Below, piece by piece: positions 9,901 to 17,735 of a DNA stretch of 40,349 bases (the stretch's first letter is position 1; every line of letters begins with the position of its first letter). Location: the IMG/VR virus record IMGVR_UViG_3300037882_000094, positions 1 through 40,349 of that record, one strand, 5' to 3'. The DNA is from a virus. The notes below the pieces were generated by a model, which worked only from the letters and a program-made list of their open reading frames with translations, was not told the origin of the DNA and ran no database searches. The position numbers and the translations under genes were made by a program.

Positions 9901-12312
9901 CCAGTAACCTAAAGCGTATTGTGAGTCACCTAATTGTGCAGGGTTATATGCAGTCTGTCCTAGACGTTGTGCAACCTCTTCAGCACTTGGGAATGCTTTT
10001 GCTACATAGTTAAATACTTGATCAAAGTCAACTACTTCAAATCCATCAATATTCTTACTTAGTTGTGTACCTAGTTTTTTGTCATTAGAGATTGCATCAT
10101 ATACAGTTCCAAGTATTTGTTGGAACTCGTATTGATCTACGTCTTCTAATACACCTTTGCGTAGAATATCGGTATAGGTATTAACATCATCTGTAGAGTA
10201 TCCAGCACGAAATAGTGCTCCTCTAATTTCTTTAGCAACATCATCGCCAGTTGCTTTTCTATAGGTCTTACTCTTATTAACTAAGCCACCTATTTTTTTA
10301 TCTAGGTTTCCTATTTGTTCTTTAAGAGTATCAATCTCTGTAAAAGTAGCATTGTTGATTTCAAGTTGTTTTAGTTTAGCTTTAAGATCTTTCTTTAGTG
10401 TTCTTGCTTCTTTTAATTGTGTATTAAGATCTGCTAATGCACCTTTAGATAAGGAAGCAGTAGTTGCTAATTGAGTCTCAGTTAAACCAGTACGTCTGCC
10501 TAGGTTTGATACTTTACCTAAAGCAGTAGATCCTTTTGAGAAAGCTGTTAAGTCTTCTGAGTATAGTTGTGTTCCAGTACGATTGTACAGTTTACCAATC
10601 TCATCATCAGTAAGACCAAACTTCTTGCCCACGTTAATAGCGATACCATCAAATAGTCTTAAACGAGTAGCAACATCGCCTTCGCGCCAAGCTTGTTTAA
10701 TGATATTAGCGTGATATGGATCTACAATTAATCTAGACATTCTAAATATATCTGTGGCAGACTCAGCAGTATCTAAAACAATCTCTTTACCAGTTACTGC
10801 TTTGCTAAAGATTTTGTTTAAGTTACCAGCAGCACTTCTAAATTGTTTTAAGTCACCAATGTTTTCAAAGTTACGTGCTAATTCATCTGCATCATTCCAC
10901 ATTGCTGGAAGATCTGGAGCTTTACGTAGTCCCATTAAAGCTGCAGTTGTATTACGAAGATTCTTAGCAGTGCTTGCAAAAACAGTTTTACGTGGCATTA
11001 ATGGTTCTACGCCACCAGCACGACCCATACTAATAAGTTCAGTTACGCCAGCATTTTTTAAATATGATAATGCAGAGTCTGAATCTCTTACACCAGCTTT
11101 AGCAAGTTGTTCAATAAAATCTACAGCAACTATTTCACTGGCATCATCTGCTACTTTTTTAGTAACATCAACACCAAAATCTCTACCTAAATCAGCAGCA
11201 ATTTGTGCTTTAGTTTTTAAATCTTTTGATGCTGCGTATTGTCCAACTTTAGCGCCAACTTCGTTCCAGTAATTTCTAACACTGGCTGCTTTGAACATTT
11301 TGTCTAAGCCTGTTGATAATTTAATACCATCAGCACCAGCAAGTTTCATTAAACCAAAACGAGCAACTTTAATAGCAGATATTGCTTTAGTTAATACAAT
11401 GCTTGGGTCTGTTGCAACTAAGAATGCTGCATCAGTAAGACCTGAAACAACATCATAGCGATCTGGAATCTTACTTTTGCGATCATATTCTCTTAAACCA
11501 TAAGCAAGATCTCTACCAGGACTTACTTTAGCGTGATCAAAATCATCAATAGCTTTGAATACTTCGCTTTGTTTTCCATTTTGTGGATCCATATAAGCGA
11601 TTAAAGCTTGTTCTTCTTCAGGTGTTTCAACTAAAGACATAATTTCTTGAGGAGCTTTATCCATTGCAAATAGTTTTGCAACTTTAGAAACGGCTGGAGA
11701 GTACTTAGACTCTACTTCTTTTTCTTTGTCTTTATCAAAGTATTGTTCACCATTGAATGTGGTGTTCCATTGATCAGCAGTTAAGAATGCTTCAAATGAA
11801 TTTTGAGTTTTATCTTTACCTGGAGTAATTCTAATACCAGAAGGGAACATTCCAGCACCTGGTACTAAAGGAGTTTGTGCAACTCTTTCCTGAACACCAG
11901 CAAATTGTGCTTGAGCTTCTGGACTTGTATTTAGTTGTTCTTGTTTTAAGTTAGAAACTCTGTAAAGGTTAGTTTGGGTCCAAGCATACTTTTGAAAACC
12001 GTTAAGTAGTTCTCCAAAGCTTGGTATATTAGTAGCTGATTTAAGTTTTTGCCAACTAGATACTTTAGCTTTGCTATAGTTCTGCTCACCCATAAAGTCA
12101 ATTAGTGCTTGACGATTGGTTTCAGGAAGCCTTTGGAATGAGGTGCGAGCCTCTGCATCTGGCAATCCAATAAAAGATTTATGTTGTTGTAATAATCTAG
12201 ATGCTGCAGCAGCACGTCTTAATGTATCATCAGAAGCATTTGATTGCTTTAATGAATTATAAACTTGTGGAGAAGTATTCCAGATTAATGAGCCAATGCT
12301 GTCGTCAGACAT
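6952..12312 (-). CDS. Giant virion-associated protein (1786 aa, function unknown)
   Basis: Single uninterrupted track ORF covering about 13% of the genome, between the portal and the scaffold. It has a central coiled-coil-like stretch (LNTQLKEARTLKKDLKAKLKQLEINNATFTEIDTLKEQIGNLDKKIG). I found no HExxH, polymerase or lysozyme motif by eye. Confidence 0.6.
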   Translation of the reverse strand: MSDDSIGSLIWNTSPQVYNSLKQSNASDDTLRRAAAASRLLQQHKSFIGLPDAEARTSFQRLPETNRQALIDFMGEQNYSKAKVSSWQKLKSATNIPSFGELLNGFQKYAWTQTNLYRVSNLKQEQLNTSPEAQAQFAGVQERVAQTPLVPGAGMFPSGIRITPGKDKTQNSFEAFLTADQWNTTFNGEQYFDKDKEKEVESKYSPAVSKVAKLFAMDKAPQEIMSLVETPEEEQALIAYMDPQNGKQSEVFKAIDDFDHAKVSPGRDLAYGLREYDRKSKIPDRYDVVSGLTDAAFLVATDPSIVLTKAISAIKVARFGLMKLAGADGIKLSTGLDKMFKAASVRNYWNEVGAKVGQYAASKDLKTKAQIAADLGRDFGVDVTKKVADDASEIVAVDFIEQLAKAGVRDSDSALSYLKNAGVTELISMGRAGGVEPLMPRKTVFASTAKNLRNTTAALMGLRKAPDLPAMWNDADELARNFENIGDLKQFRSAAGNLNKIFSKAVTGKEIVLDTAESATDIFRMSRLIVDPYHANIIKQAWREGDVATRLRLFDGIAINVGKKFGLTDDEIGKLYNRTGTQLYSEDLTAFSKGSTALGKVSNLGRRTGLTETQLATTASLSKGALADLNTQLKEARTLKKDLKAKLKQLEINNATFTEIDTLKEQIGNLDKKIGGLVNKSKTYRKATGDDVAKEIRGALFRAGYSTDDVNTYTDILRKGVLEDVDQYEFQQILGTVYDAISNDKKLGTQLSKNIDGFEVVDFDQVFNYVAKAFPSAEEVAQRLGQTAYNPAQLGDSQYALGYWQLSNKVAMPNFAKWSIEANSKLIGTSRYLGQKIVNGWSWATLIPRLGIRSAIEELGLFGIAVPFGDLHRILIGKKISNEYRYATYGEAGLGFINRMMATFLRSGESKITPAQRKLLQQDPSQLPALIAKNVARNKAVMLLSGFDTKTVERWVDDWFSLPYGTAALDEINEGALATLNLTEAASDQLALRAEKIYGPITQWNFRAEEAASKIRSTGEFDTIRNGDYGFDIGWLTQIKLRLNHQTNLGWGKIVLANIYNEDKAVKALVENFKKNPEIMNKFVLFKAVGPEEFARRQYKFIVHPFTKNNGLLNEKLINKVRKTVIDPTTGKSRLDINAENLTIRDLDEFVKLERPETILGIKYIPTTAASNLVEAWGKGMSWAMNWMGKQISVLGREPALFANYQVFRKRLITAEADMAERYVAQGMSRDAAENTASKWASNIAGDLATNRTLQYVDNPNVRTNLAFTMRNLARYYRATEDFYRRAGRVVRYDPLAIAKFRLLTTGLEDTGWIHRDDQGEPYFVYPGDEIIFTAVGLGMRLLGQENALRQPQPAQFTGKMSMLTPSLDPEAGIPTLSGPISATLIWAIEQWLPESEQMAFRKKVLGKYSVDRTLPELLLPTSINRFYNSFFNFDEKASQYASAVRKAHMYYAANGIMKKFIDQAVKGGEERAAAVMKYNQYVNATARNVVVARNMFGLVAPASPQADFGLDVPEWVREQSNITNLKPEFQKLVEQYGNDPLGIDKAQYKWSKLFPGKAIYTLTESEKTGIGTVKATQEAVEWIKGNKRLVNAYPEAVRFIVPSNGKYDLEAYAFLQDQGFSEMKTIEKFAAEANTFEDYFYWRQVKNFSDLDITNAQSPAEKKALQARWESWSKQYRAQNPHVQVYLDNIVRNDQAKKNTITELYNMYEKGDMPNTDSNQKLVKMMKLYNEFTSKFQAVQGRTDEEVAYRKNLRKDALELMLEYAGSDDQALAAYRTLFDPLIGE

Positions 12313-12744
12313 TTACAACCCACGTTCAACAAGGAAATCATAAAAAGCTTGAGTCTCTGGATTAGGATCTGCTTGAACTGCAGGAGCTACACGATCAGAT
12401 AACTTTGGTGATTGATAATTTGTACCAATAAGAACTTCAGGTCCAGGAGACATAGCACCTTTATTAAAACCCATACCAGTTTCTGGTGCTTCATCTGGTC
12501 TTAATGTTTCAGCAAATAAAGGAACAGTTGGTGTGTTTGGAGTAATAGGTTCAATTGGACCCATTTTAGGAACTTTATAAGAAGCACCTTGTAAATTTGC
12601 TCCTGATTGAATTTGATTTAATTGAACTTGATCGCCATAAGATTGTGATGGAATACGATCTTGTACTGCTTGAGTTAGTTTATTTGATGTATTCATATCT
12701 GTGCGTTTGGCACTTTTGCCTACACCTGAAACAACTTCTGCCAT
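12313..12744 (-). CDS. Hypothetical protein (143 aa) between the portal and the giant protein
   Basis: Track ORF. Its stop abuts the ATG of the giant ORF. Pro/Gly-rich with no recognisable motif. Confidence 0.5.
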   Translation of the reverse strand: MAEVVSGVGKSAKRTDMNTSNKLTQAVQDRIPSQSYGDQVQLNQIQSGANLQGASYKVPKMGPIEPITPNTPTVPLFAETLRPDEAPETGMGFNKGAMSPGPEVLIGTNYQSPKLSDRVAPAVQADPNPETQAFYDFLVERGL

Positions 12745-12783
12745 TTAAATCCTCATCTATTGATAATTAAAATTGATTACTTA

Positions 12784-14520
12784 CTAACCTGCTAATTGTC
12801 CTAAGATTGCTTGTAGGTTAGGTGGTGCTTGTTGGGGTGCTCCTGGAGCAGCCTCGACAGGAGCGTTTTGTGGGACAGACATTTGCTCAACTGGAGACAC
12901 TGACTCTCCAGGAGCGGCTTGTGGGGCTGCCTCTGGGGCTGGTGCTGGAGTAAAGATTTTTCCAACGGCATCTTCAATAGAAGTACCTGCTTGACGTTCC
13001 TTGATAACTTGTGCCATCTTAGAAACTATGTCTGAAGGATCTTGTCCCTGTGTAGCCATTTGTGGAATGGCTTGAGCTAGAGCATTCATAGATGCGTTTA
13101 AGTTATCGCGCATCTTTTGAATGTCAATTCTTTCTTGTTCCCCAGTCACATTCATTGACCAAGGTAATTCTCTCATAATGAAATCTCTTGAAATAAGATC
13201 TGCACCTAGAGCTTGTAATGAGAAGATTAAAGCACGTGAAGGATCTAGTCCTGACATTAATCCATAACGTACTTGGATTCCGTATTCACCTTTAATGTCT
13301 TTTCTGGAGTCATATTTTAATTCATATGGGGATCCATTGTTAACACCATTGATTGTCTTTTCACCAGGGAAAAGTTTCTCATCCATCTTAAAGCAAAGTG
13401 CTAATACATCTTCAAAGATGTCAGCTAAGATTTGTTGACCAGTCTTTACTTGAGTATCAAATGCACCTAATAGTGCTTGAACTCCTTGACCAGTAATAAC
13501 AGAAGCATCAATAGTTCCAGAACGACCTTCTGGATAACGTGCTCCCATACGCATTTCTTGTTGTAGTAAAGCTGCTTCTTGGAATGCTGCAGGAGGAACT
13601 TCTAAACCAACACGTCTAATTGCTTGTGGGTTTTGTGAACGCAATATTGCATCTGGACCGAAAGTAAATTCTTGTACATCATTTGGAATTGCTAATGGTG
13701 CGTTAACTGATTTCTCAGCAGCATCCATTGCAAGTAAAGCAAAACGAGCACGTGCAATTTGAGCCCAGAGAATGTCATCGAATTGACCTCTTGGTTCATC
13801 ATCTACACCAGGTCGTCTAGCAATACGAACCATTACTTCACCCATTGGGTTAGCTGTGGTTCTTAGAACTAGGTTTTCTCTAGTAGGTAAGAATAAAGTA
13901 ATCTGGTCAGCATCTTCATAGCGAATCATTTCTAATGTTGAATAAACATCAACATCTTCAATTGAATTGCCAGCTAAAATTTGACGAGAATACTCTGGAA
14001 AGTCAACAAGTAATTCTGCGATAGTTTTAACATAACGCTTTGAGTAAGCCACGATTCGACCATAGCGATCAAATTCTGGGTAAGCACCGATTGGGTTTTC
14101 TATGCGAATGCGTGGAAGTCTTGCGTCTGTATCAGGTTCAACAACTATTGGTAGGAATCCATAGGTTCCGTAGTAATCTGCACCTGTGTACATTTGGGTT
14201 TGAAGTCTGGCAAATTGAACATAGTTATTAGCTATTAATGTTCTAGTATCTGCATTCTTCTTAGCACGATCTGAAGTTATATTTGTGGTTTGGCAATTAA
14301 AAGAAGGAAGAGGGGCAAGTACTTCTGAGATATCGCGAGCAGCAACATCAATGAAGTTAGCAATCATTGGTTTGCTCATACCCTCTGGGAAGAACTCAGG
14401 GGCAACGTTAATCATATTGCCACGTCTGATCTCTAATACATCTGCCATACGTGAATCACGGTCAGCGTACTTGAGCTTGAGAGCTTGGACCTTCATTGCG
14501 ATCTGCTCGTTATTTAACAT
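12784..14520 (-). CDS. Portal protein
   Basis: 578-aa ORF 8 nt downstream of terL, with typical size and position. It has a low-complexity Pro/Ala/Gln C-terminal tail (PAPAPEAAPQAAPGES...). Confidence 0.75.
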   Translation of the reverse strand: MLNNEQIAMKVQALKLKYADRDSRMADVLEIRRGNMINVAPEFFPEGMSKPMIANFIDVAARDISEVLAPLPSFNCQTTNITSDRAKKNADTRTLIANNYVQFARLQTQMYTGADYYGTYGFLPIVVEPDTDARLPRIRIENPIGAYPEFDRYGRIVAYSKRYVKTIAELLVDFPEYSRQILAGNSIEDVDVYSTLEMIRYEDADQITLFLPTRENLVLRTTANPMGEVMVRIARRPGVDDEPRGQFDDILWAQIARARFALLAMDAAEKSVNAPLAIPNDVQEFTFGPDAILRSQNPQAIRRVGLEVPPAAFQEAALLQQEMRMGARYPEGRSGTIDASVITGQGVQALLGAFDTQVKTGQQILADIFEDVLALCFKMDEKLFPGEKTINGVNNGSPYELKYDSRKDIKGEYGIQVRYGLMSGLDPSRALIFSLQALGADLISRDFIMRELPWSMNVTGEQERIDIQKMRDNLNASMNALAQAIPQMATQGQDPSDIVSKMAQVIKERQAGTSIEDAVGKIFTPAPAPEAAPQAAPGESVSPVEQMSVPQNAPVEAAPGAPQQAPPNLQAILGQLAG

Positions 14521-14528
14521 TAATTCCT

Positions 14529-16418
14529 CTATACATAAAGTGTGTCGATATTGTCAGAAGCCCATTCATCTAAGTTGACTGAACCTCTTTGAGCCAGAGA
14601 TCTTCTGGTTGCATATTTGTTTTGTAAATGACTCTTTTGAAATTGTCCGTGCTGTAGCATTTCTTTTGCTCTAATCTCACAGAACCATAAAGCCATAACT
14701 AAATCTGTTGGGCTCTTAGTCTCAGCTTTCCAGGTTATAAGCTGGTTAATCAAAGCCTTAACGTGTTCATTGTTTTCGTGTGAAGGTAATTCAATTAGGT
14801 TGTTATCATCGTGTTTACCATCTTCAGAAGTACCAAAGAGTCCACTCATACCAGCAACACCAAATGAGGTATCCCATTTGTTCTTACCAGTGAAGTGACT
14901 TCTCATAGCCACGCCTTTTGAGCCTAGCCATATTCTTAGTTCTTCATCTAAAGCATAAGATTTTTGATGAGCATTGATTTCAATACGTAGCTCATTAGGA
15001 TGATATCTATCAATCCAGTCTTCCATCAAAGCACGAATTTTGCCTGGAGTTGGATCAACCATATTAAAGACATCAAGAACATAACGCATTTGAGTTCTTT
15101 GATCTATGGCATACATTATTGCGCCAGTCTTACCAGTCATAGCTGGATCAAGACCCATAATGGTGTACACAGAATCTGAAAGCTTAGGGTGTCCTACTTT
15201 TTTAGGATCTATTAAACCAACACGTCTTTGTTTATTAACTGACCCATAGACATTAACAGGTGGGAATATGGCATCTTCTTCAACGTCTTGTTGTTGATAG
15301 ACTAAAGCCCAAGTATGGGCTCCCACTTCCGAGCGCCGTTCGAATAATTGTTTGCCATCCCACTTCGGATAAAGACCATCGGCATCAGGAGTAGCAAGTT
15401 CTCCTTCAGCGCCATCCCAAGGTCTATCAGAGCGAGCCCAAAGGGTTCGCCAATCTTCTGGCTTATCAGCAAATTCTAAAACTGCTGGCATAGCCATATA
15501 AGTAAATGGGGACTTACCACCAGACCAATGATCTGGGTTTCTTAATTCTTTATATAGATCTATAGAGGCAACACGTGTGCCAACTATCATTAACATACCA
15601 GTAGCACCAAGACGAGTGATAACCATTTTTTGCAGCCAGTTAAGTTGTTTTTCCCATTCGTGGGCGTTGCTGGTGGTTATCACGTCATCTAGGATTATCA
15701 GATCGGCACGTGTGCCATAAATCTGTTGACCCATACCGATAGCTTGAACAGTAGGATCTTTTCGTTCAGACTCACGTTTAATATAAATGCGGTCATCACG
15801 CCATTGGTCAGCAGTATCTTTCCATCCCTCAGCAGGTCCGTAAACGGTCTGCATTTTAGTCCATTGAGGTTCGGTCAATCTCTGCTTGATTGCGTACAAA
15901 AATTCTTTAGCCCTGGTCTGAGTCTGAGACACGATGACTATCTGAACATTAGGATTCATCGCGATTCGATACAGAGGATAGTTCACAGTTAAGATGGTTG
16001 ATTTAGCGTGCTCAGGTGGTACGTTGATCAGGAGTCTTCGAGGACTACCCTTTTCATAAACCATAGCATCATCAACCCAAGAGGGCTCTCTTCCTTCAAC
16101 CACATCAACCCAAGACTGATGGTGAGGAAAAACTTTAGACTCAAGATACTCTTGACTAAAGGTAGAAAAATCAATTTTAAACTTATCTCCACCTAGACGG
16201 TCAACATTGAGTTGACCAGCTATCTGGCGTGCTGATTCAAAATCAGCAGCAAAAGCTTTGTCCCTAAAAATCCATTGACGTAATGTATCAGACTTCCTAT
16301 GGATCCTGACCATTGCTTCAGAAGGGTCCCACCCCAACTTGACCAGTTCCAGAAACTTCATCTTGTCTTCGACTAGATTAATCCTGTTATGGTTCAAATT
16401 ACCTTTTTTGGCAACCAC
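14529..16418 (-). CDS. terL: Terminase large subunit with an N-terminal HTH-like extension
   Basis: 629 aa. Walker A-like VPPEHAKSTILT, Walker B LIILDDV, and C-terminal nuclease-type acidic blocks (IMGLDPA...). The N-terminal ~90 aa (KFLELVKLGWDPSEAMVRIHRKSDTLRQWIFRDKAFAADFESA) looks like a small-terminase-type HTH. The start is GTG at 16418 or ATG at 16361. Confidence 0.9.
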   Translation of the reverse strand: MVAKKGNLNHNRINLVEDKMKFLELVKLGWDPSEAMVRIHRKSDTLRQWIFRDKAFAADFESARQIAGQLNVDRLGGDKFKIDFSTFSQEYLESKVFPHHQSWVDVVEGREPSWVDDAMVYEKGSPRRLLINVPPEHAKSTILTVNYPLYRIAMNPNVQIVIVSQTQTRAKEFLYAIKQRLTEPQWTKMQTVYGPAEGWKDTADQWRDDRIYIKRESERKDPTVQAIGMGQQIYGTRADLIILDDVITTSNAHEWEKQLNWLQKMVITRLGATGMLMIVGTRVASIDLYKELRNPDHWSGGKSPFTYMAMPAVLEFADKPEDWRTLWARSDRPWDGAEGELATPDADGLYPKWDGKQLFERRSEVGAHTWALVYQQQDVEEDAIFPPVNVYGSVNKQRRVGLIDPKKVGHPKLSDSVYTIMGLDPAMTGKTGAIMYAIDQRTQMRYVLDVFNMVDPTPGKIRALMEDWIDRYHPNELRIEINAHQKSYALDEELRIWLGSKGVAMRSHFTGKNKWDTSFGVAGMSGLFGTSEDGKHDDNNLIELPSHENNEHVKALINQLITWKAETKSPTDLVMALWFCEIRAKEMLQHGQFQKSHLQNKYATRRSLAQRGSVNLDEWASDNIDTLYV

Positions 16419-16480
16419 CTAATACACCCACCGTCACGTCAACCAGCCCTATCTTGTAACAGGGCGTAGCATAGCTTGCA

Positions 16481-16526
16481 GTGACCCTTAAAGGGTCACA
16501 CTTTGCAGGGCTCTTAAAAGAGCCCT
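16481..16526. promoter_or_regulatory. Two adjacent near-perfect palindromes (protein-binding-site candidates; pac/ori/operator)
   Basis: GTGACCCTT-A-AAGGGTCAC (16481-16499) and AGGGCTCTT-AA-AAGAGCCCT (16507-16526), each with 9-bp arms. The half-site AGGGCTCTTAAAA recurs at 16894-16906. Confidence 0.6.
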
Positions 16527-16844
16527 CACTATATATAACCCTTCCAAAAACGGACTACGGAGCGAGTTCGTTAAAAAAGTTTACGACACGCCGTTAAAAG
16601 TGACGTAAATCACAGCTTTTAGCTATGTTTGCTACCTCAAATGTTATTCAAAAATTATTGTGGGACTGTACGTACACAGCCCCTAGCGCATTTAAGCACC
16701 TGGGGTTGCCCGTTTTGTCCGTTGCGCGTGCTTTGCCTGGTTTGTCTGCTATGTCTGGAAGAAGTGGAGGAAGGAGGCTATCTCCCTAGCCTTTCAATTA
16801 CTTAATAGCCCTCCTGCTCCTTGCATTAACTAATTGCATTAAAA

Positions 16845-16895
16845 GATCTCCAGAACTTCCAGGATCTCAGAAGTTCTAGGATCTCCAGGAATTAG
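16845..16895. repeat. Three tandem ~17-bp repeats upstream of the early promoter
   Basis: GATCTCCAGAACTTCCAG / GATCTCAGAAGTTCTAG / GATCTCCAGGAATTAG, back to back. Copies 1 and 2 also carry the inverted pair AGAACTTC / GAAGTTCT. Confidence 0.8.
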
Positions 16896-16932
16896 GGCTC
16901 TTAAAATAAATTAAAATAATTCTGGAATATCC

Positions 16933-16962
16933 TTGACATCTCTAATATCTAGGCATTACGCT
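16933..16962 (+). promoter_or_regulatory. Candidate early promoter
   Basis: TTGACA (16933-16938), an 18-nt spacer, then TACGCT (16957-16962, TANNNT type). It lies about 30 nt upstream of the AAGGAGG site and the first early ATG at 16995. Confidence 0.4.
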
Positions 16963-16994
16963 CATAGATTAAGAGCAAGAACTAAGGAGGCAGG

Positions 16995-17111
16995 ATGGAT
17001 GACTTCGACAAGGGAGTAATAGTAGCCCTAGAAGAATTAGTCGAATTATTCGAAGGAATTAAAGACACAGAATTATGGAAGCAATATAAAGGAGATGAGA
17101 GCAATGACTAA
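16995..17111 (+). CDS. Early mini-protein (38 aa, acidic)
   Basis: Hand translation checked: MDDFDKGVIVALEELVELFEGIKDTELWKQYKGDESND. AAGGAGG lies 5-6 nt upstream of the ATG. Confidence 0.5.
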   Translation: MDDFDKGVIVALEELVELFEGIKDTELWKQYKGDESND

Positions 17112-17304
17112 GAAGCACTTTATTAAAATTGCCGAAGCATTCGGCGAAGTATTGTCGAAGTCTAAGGATGAGAGCAATGAGGCATATGCCGTATGGCTCG
17201 CAGTCTTTAAGTTCGAAGAAGTAGCCAAGCAGGCTAATGCTCGATTTGATTATGAAGTATTCGAGCAGAAGATTAGAGATACCAGGAACGCATTAAGAGG
17301 CTAG
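17095..17304 (+). CDS. Early hypothetical protein (69 aa; more likely starts at ATG 17104)
   Basis: Track ORF. The GGAG at 17091-17094 is better spaced for the ATG at 17104 (MTKKHFIKIAEAF...). Confidence 0.6.
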   Translation: MRAMTKKHFIKIAEAFGEVLSKSKDESNEAYAVWLAVFKFEEVAKQANARFDYEVFEQKIRDTRNALRG

Positions 17305-17316
17305 TGCCTGGAGATT

Positions 17317-17341
17317 AGCCCCAGTTAGAGCGCCTGGGGCT
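17317..17341 (+). terminator. Intergenic hairpin after the early gene
   Basis: AGCCCCAG / CTGGGGCT form an 8-bp stem with a 9-nt loop, followed by CTTCTTCTAG. Confidence 0.5.
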
Positions 17342-17389
17342 CTTCTTCTAGTCCTAGAATTAGGCTAGAATTATTCTTAAGGAGGAATA

Positions 17390-17656
17390 ATGAAATTAGA
17401 ACTAGACAGCAAGGATATCAACGAGAAGGCACTAACTAACCACGCCATATTTTCGCAATTCTTCAATGTAGAAGAGGAAGCGTGGAGAAGTGCAGTTCTT
17501 GAGTCTGCATTAGAGAAGTTAGGTGTTGATGTAATTAAACTATGGCAGGACTATCCAGAAGAAGTCTGTTGTGGTAAGGAAGATGACGAATATCCAGAAG
17601 GACACGAAGAACTAAAGTGTGAATGCTGTAATGGTTCTTGTGCCTGGTGTAATTAG
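17390..17656 (+). CDS. Early acidic protein with a C-terminal Cys cluster (88 aa)
   Basis: Track ORF with AAGGAGG upstream. The C-terminus is ...EEVCCGKEDDEYPEGHEELKCECCNGSCAWCN. Confidence 0.65.
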   Translation: MKLELDSKDINEKALTNHAIFSQFFNVEEEAWRSAVLESALEKLGVDVIKLWQDYPEEVCCGKEDDEYPEGHEELKCECCNGSCAWCN

Positions 17657-17667
17657 TTCTAGAAGTT

Positions 17668-17696
17668 AGCCCCCAGGGCTCGAAGTTCTGGGGGTT
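17668..17696 (+). terminator. Intergenic hairpin after the early gene
   Basis: AGCCCCCAG / CTGGGGGTT form a 9-bp stem (one G-U pair), followed by CTCTTCTAG. Confidence 0.5.
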
Positions 17697-17735
17697 CTCT
17701 TCTAGCCCTAATCGGCTAGCAATTAAGGAGGAAGA

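Noticed and set aside
8777-11272. Plus-strand ORFs 8777-9178 and 10754-11272 inside the 1786-aa gene
   Set aside because: They are antisense to a long uninterrupted ORF, Ser/Leu-rich, and lack ribosome sites, so they are typical shadow ORFs. The same reasoning applies to 2431-2655, 2633-2827, 3136-3393, 3211-3438, 3531-3737, 3661-3876, 4162-4446, 4415-4597, 4666-4914, 5644-5847, 14040-14231, 14285-14578, 15726-15992, 16008-16196, 17535-17747, 19603-19791, 20107-20304, 22988-23212, 25980-26198, 26977-27195, 31183-31404, 32212-32427, 37251-37442, 39720-39932 and 39767-40246.
6952-12312. The giant ORF as a tape-measure protein
   Set aside because: It lies between the portal and the scaffold rather than after tail tube/chaperone genes. 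No tube, sheath or chaperone-frameshift genes are present.
16625-16789. A 54-codon plus-strand ORF (MFATSNVIQKLLWDC...GRRLSP) inside the non-coding hub
   Set aside because: It has no ribosome site in a region where every real early gene has AAGGAGG. It spans the repeat elements, and an open frame of this length is plausible by chance in the more G+C-rich stretch. It is kept only as a possible refutation of the non-coding interpretation.
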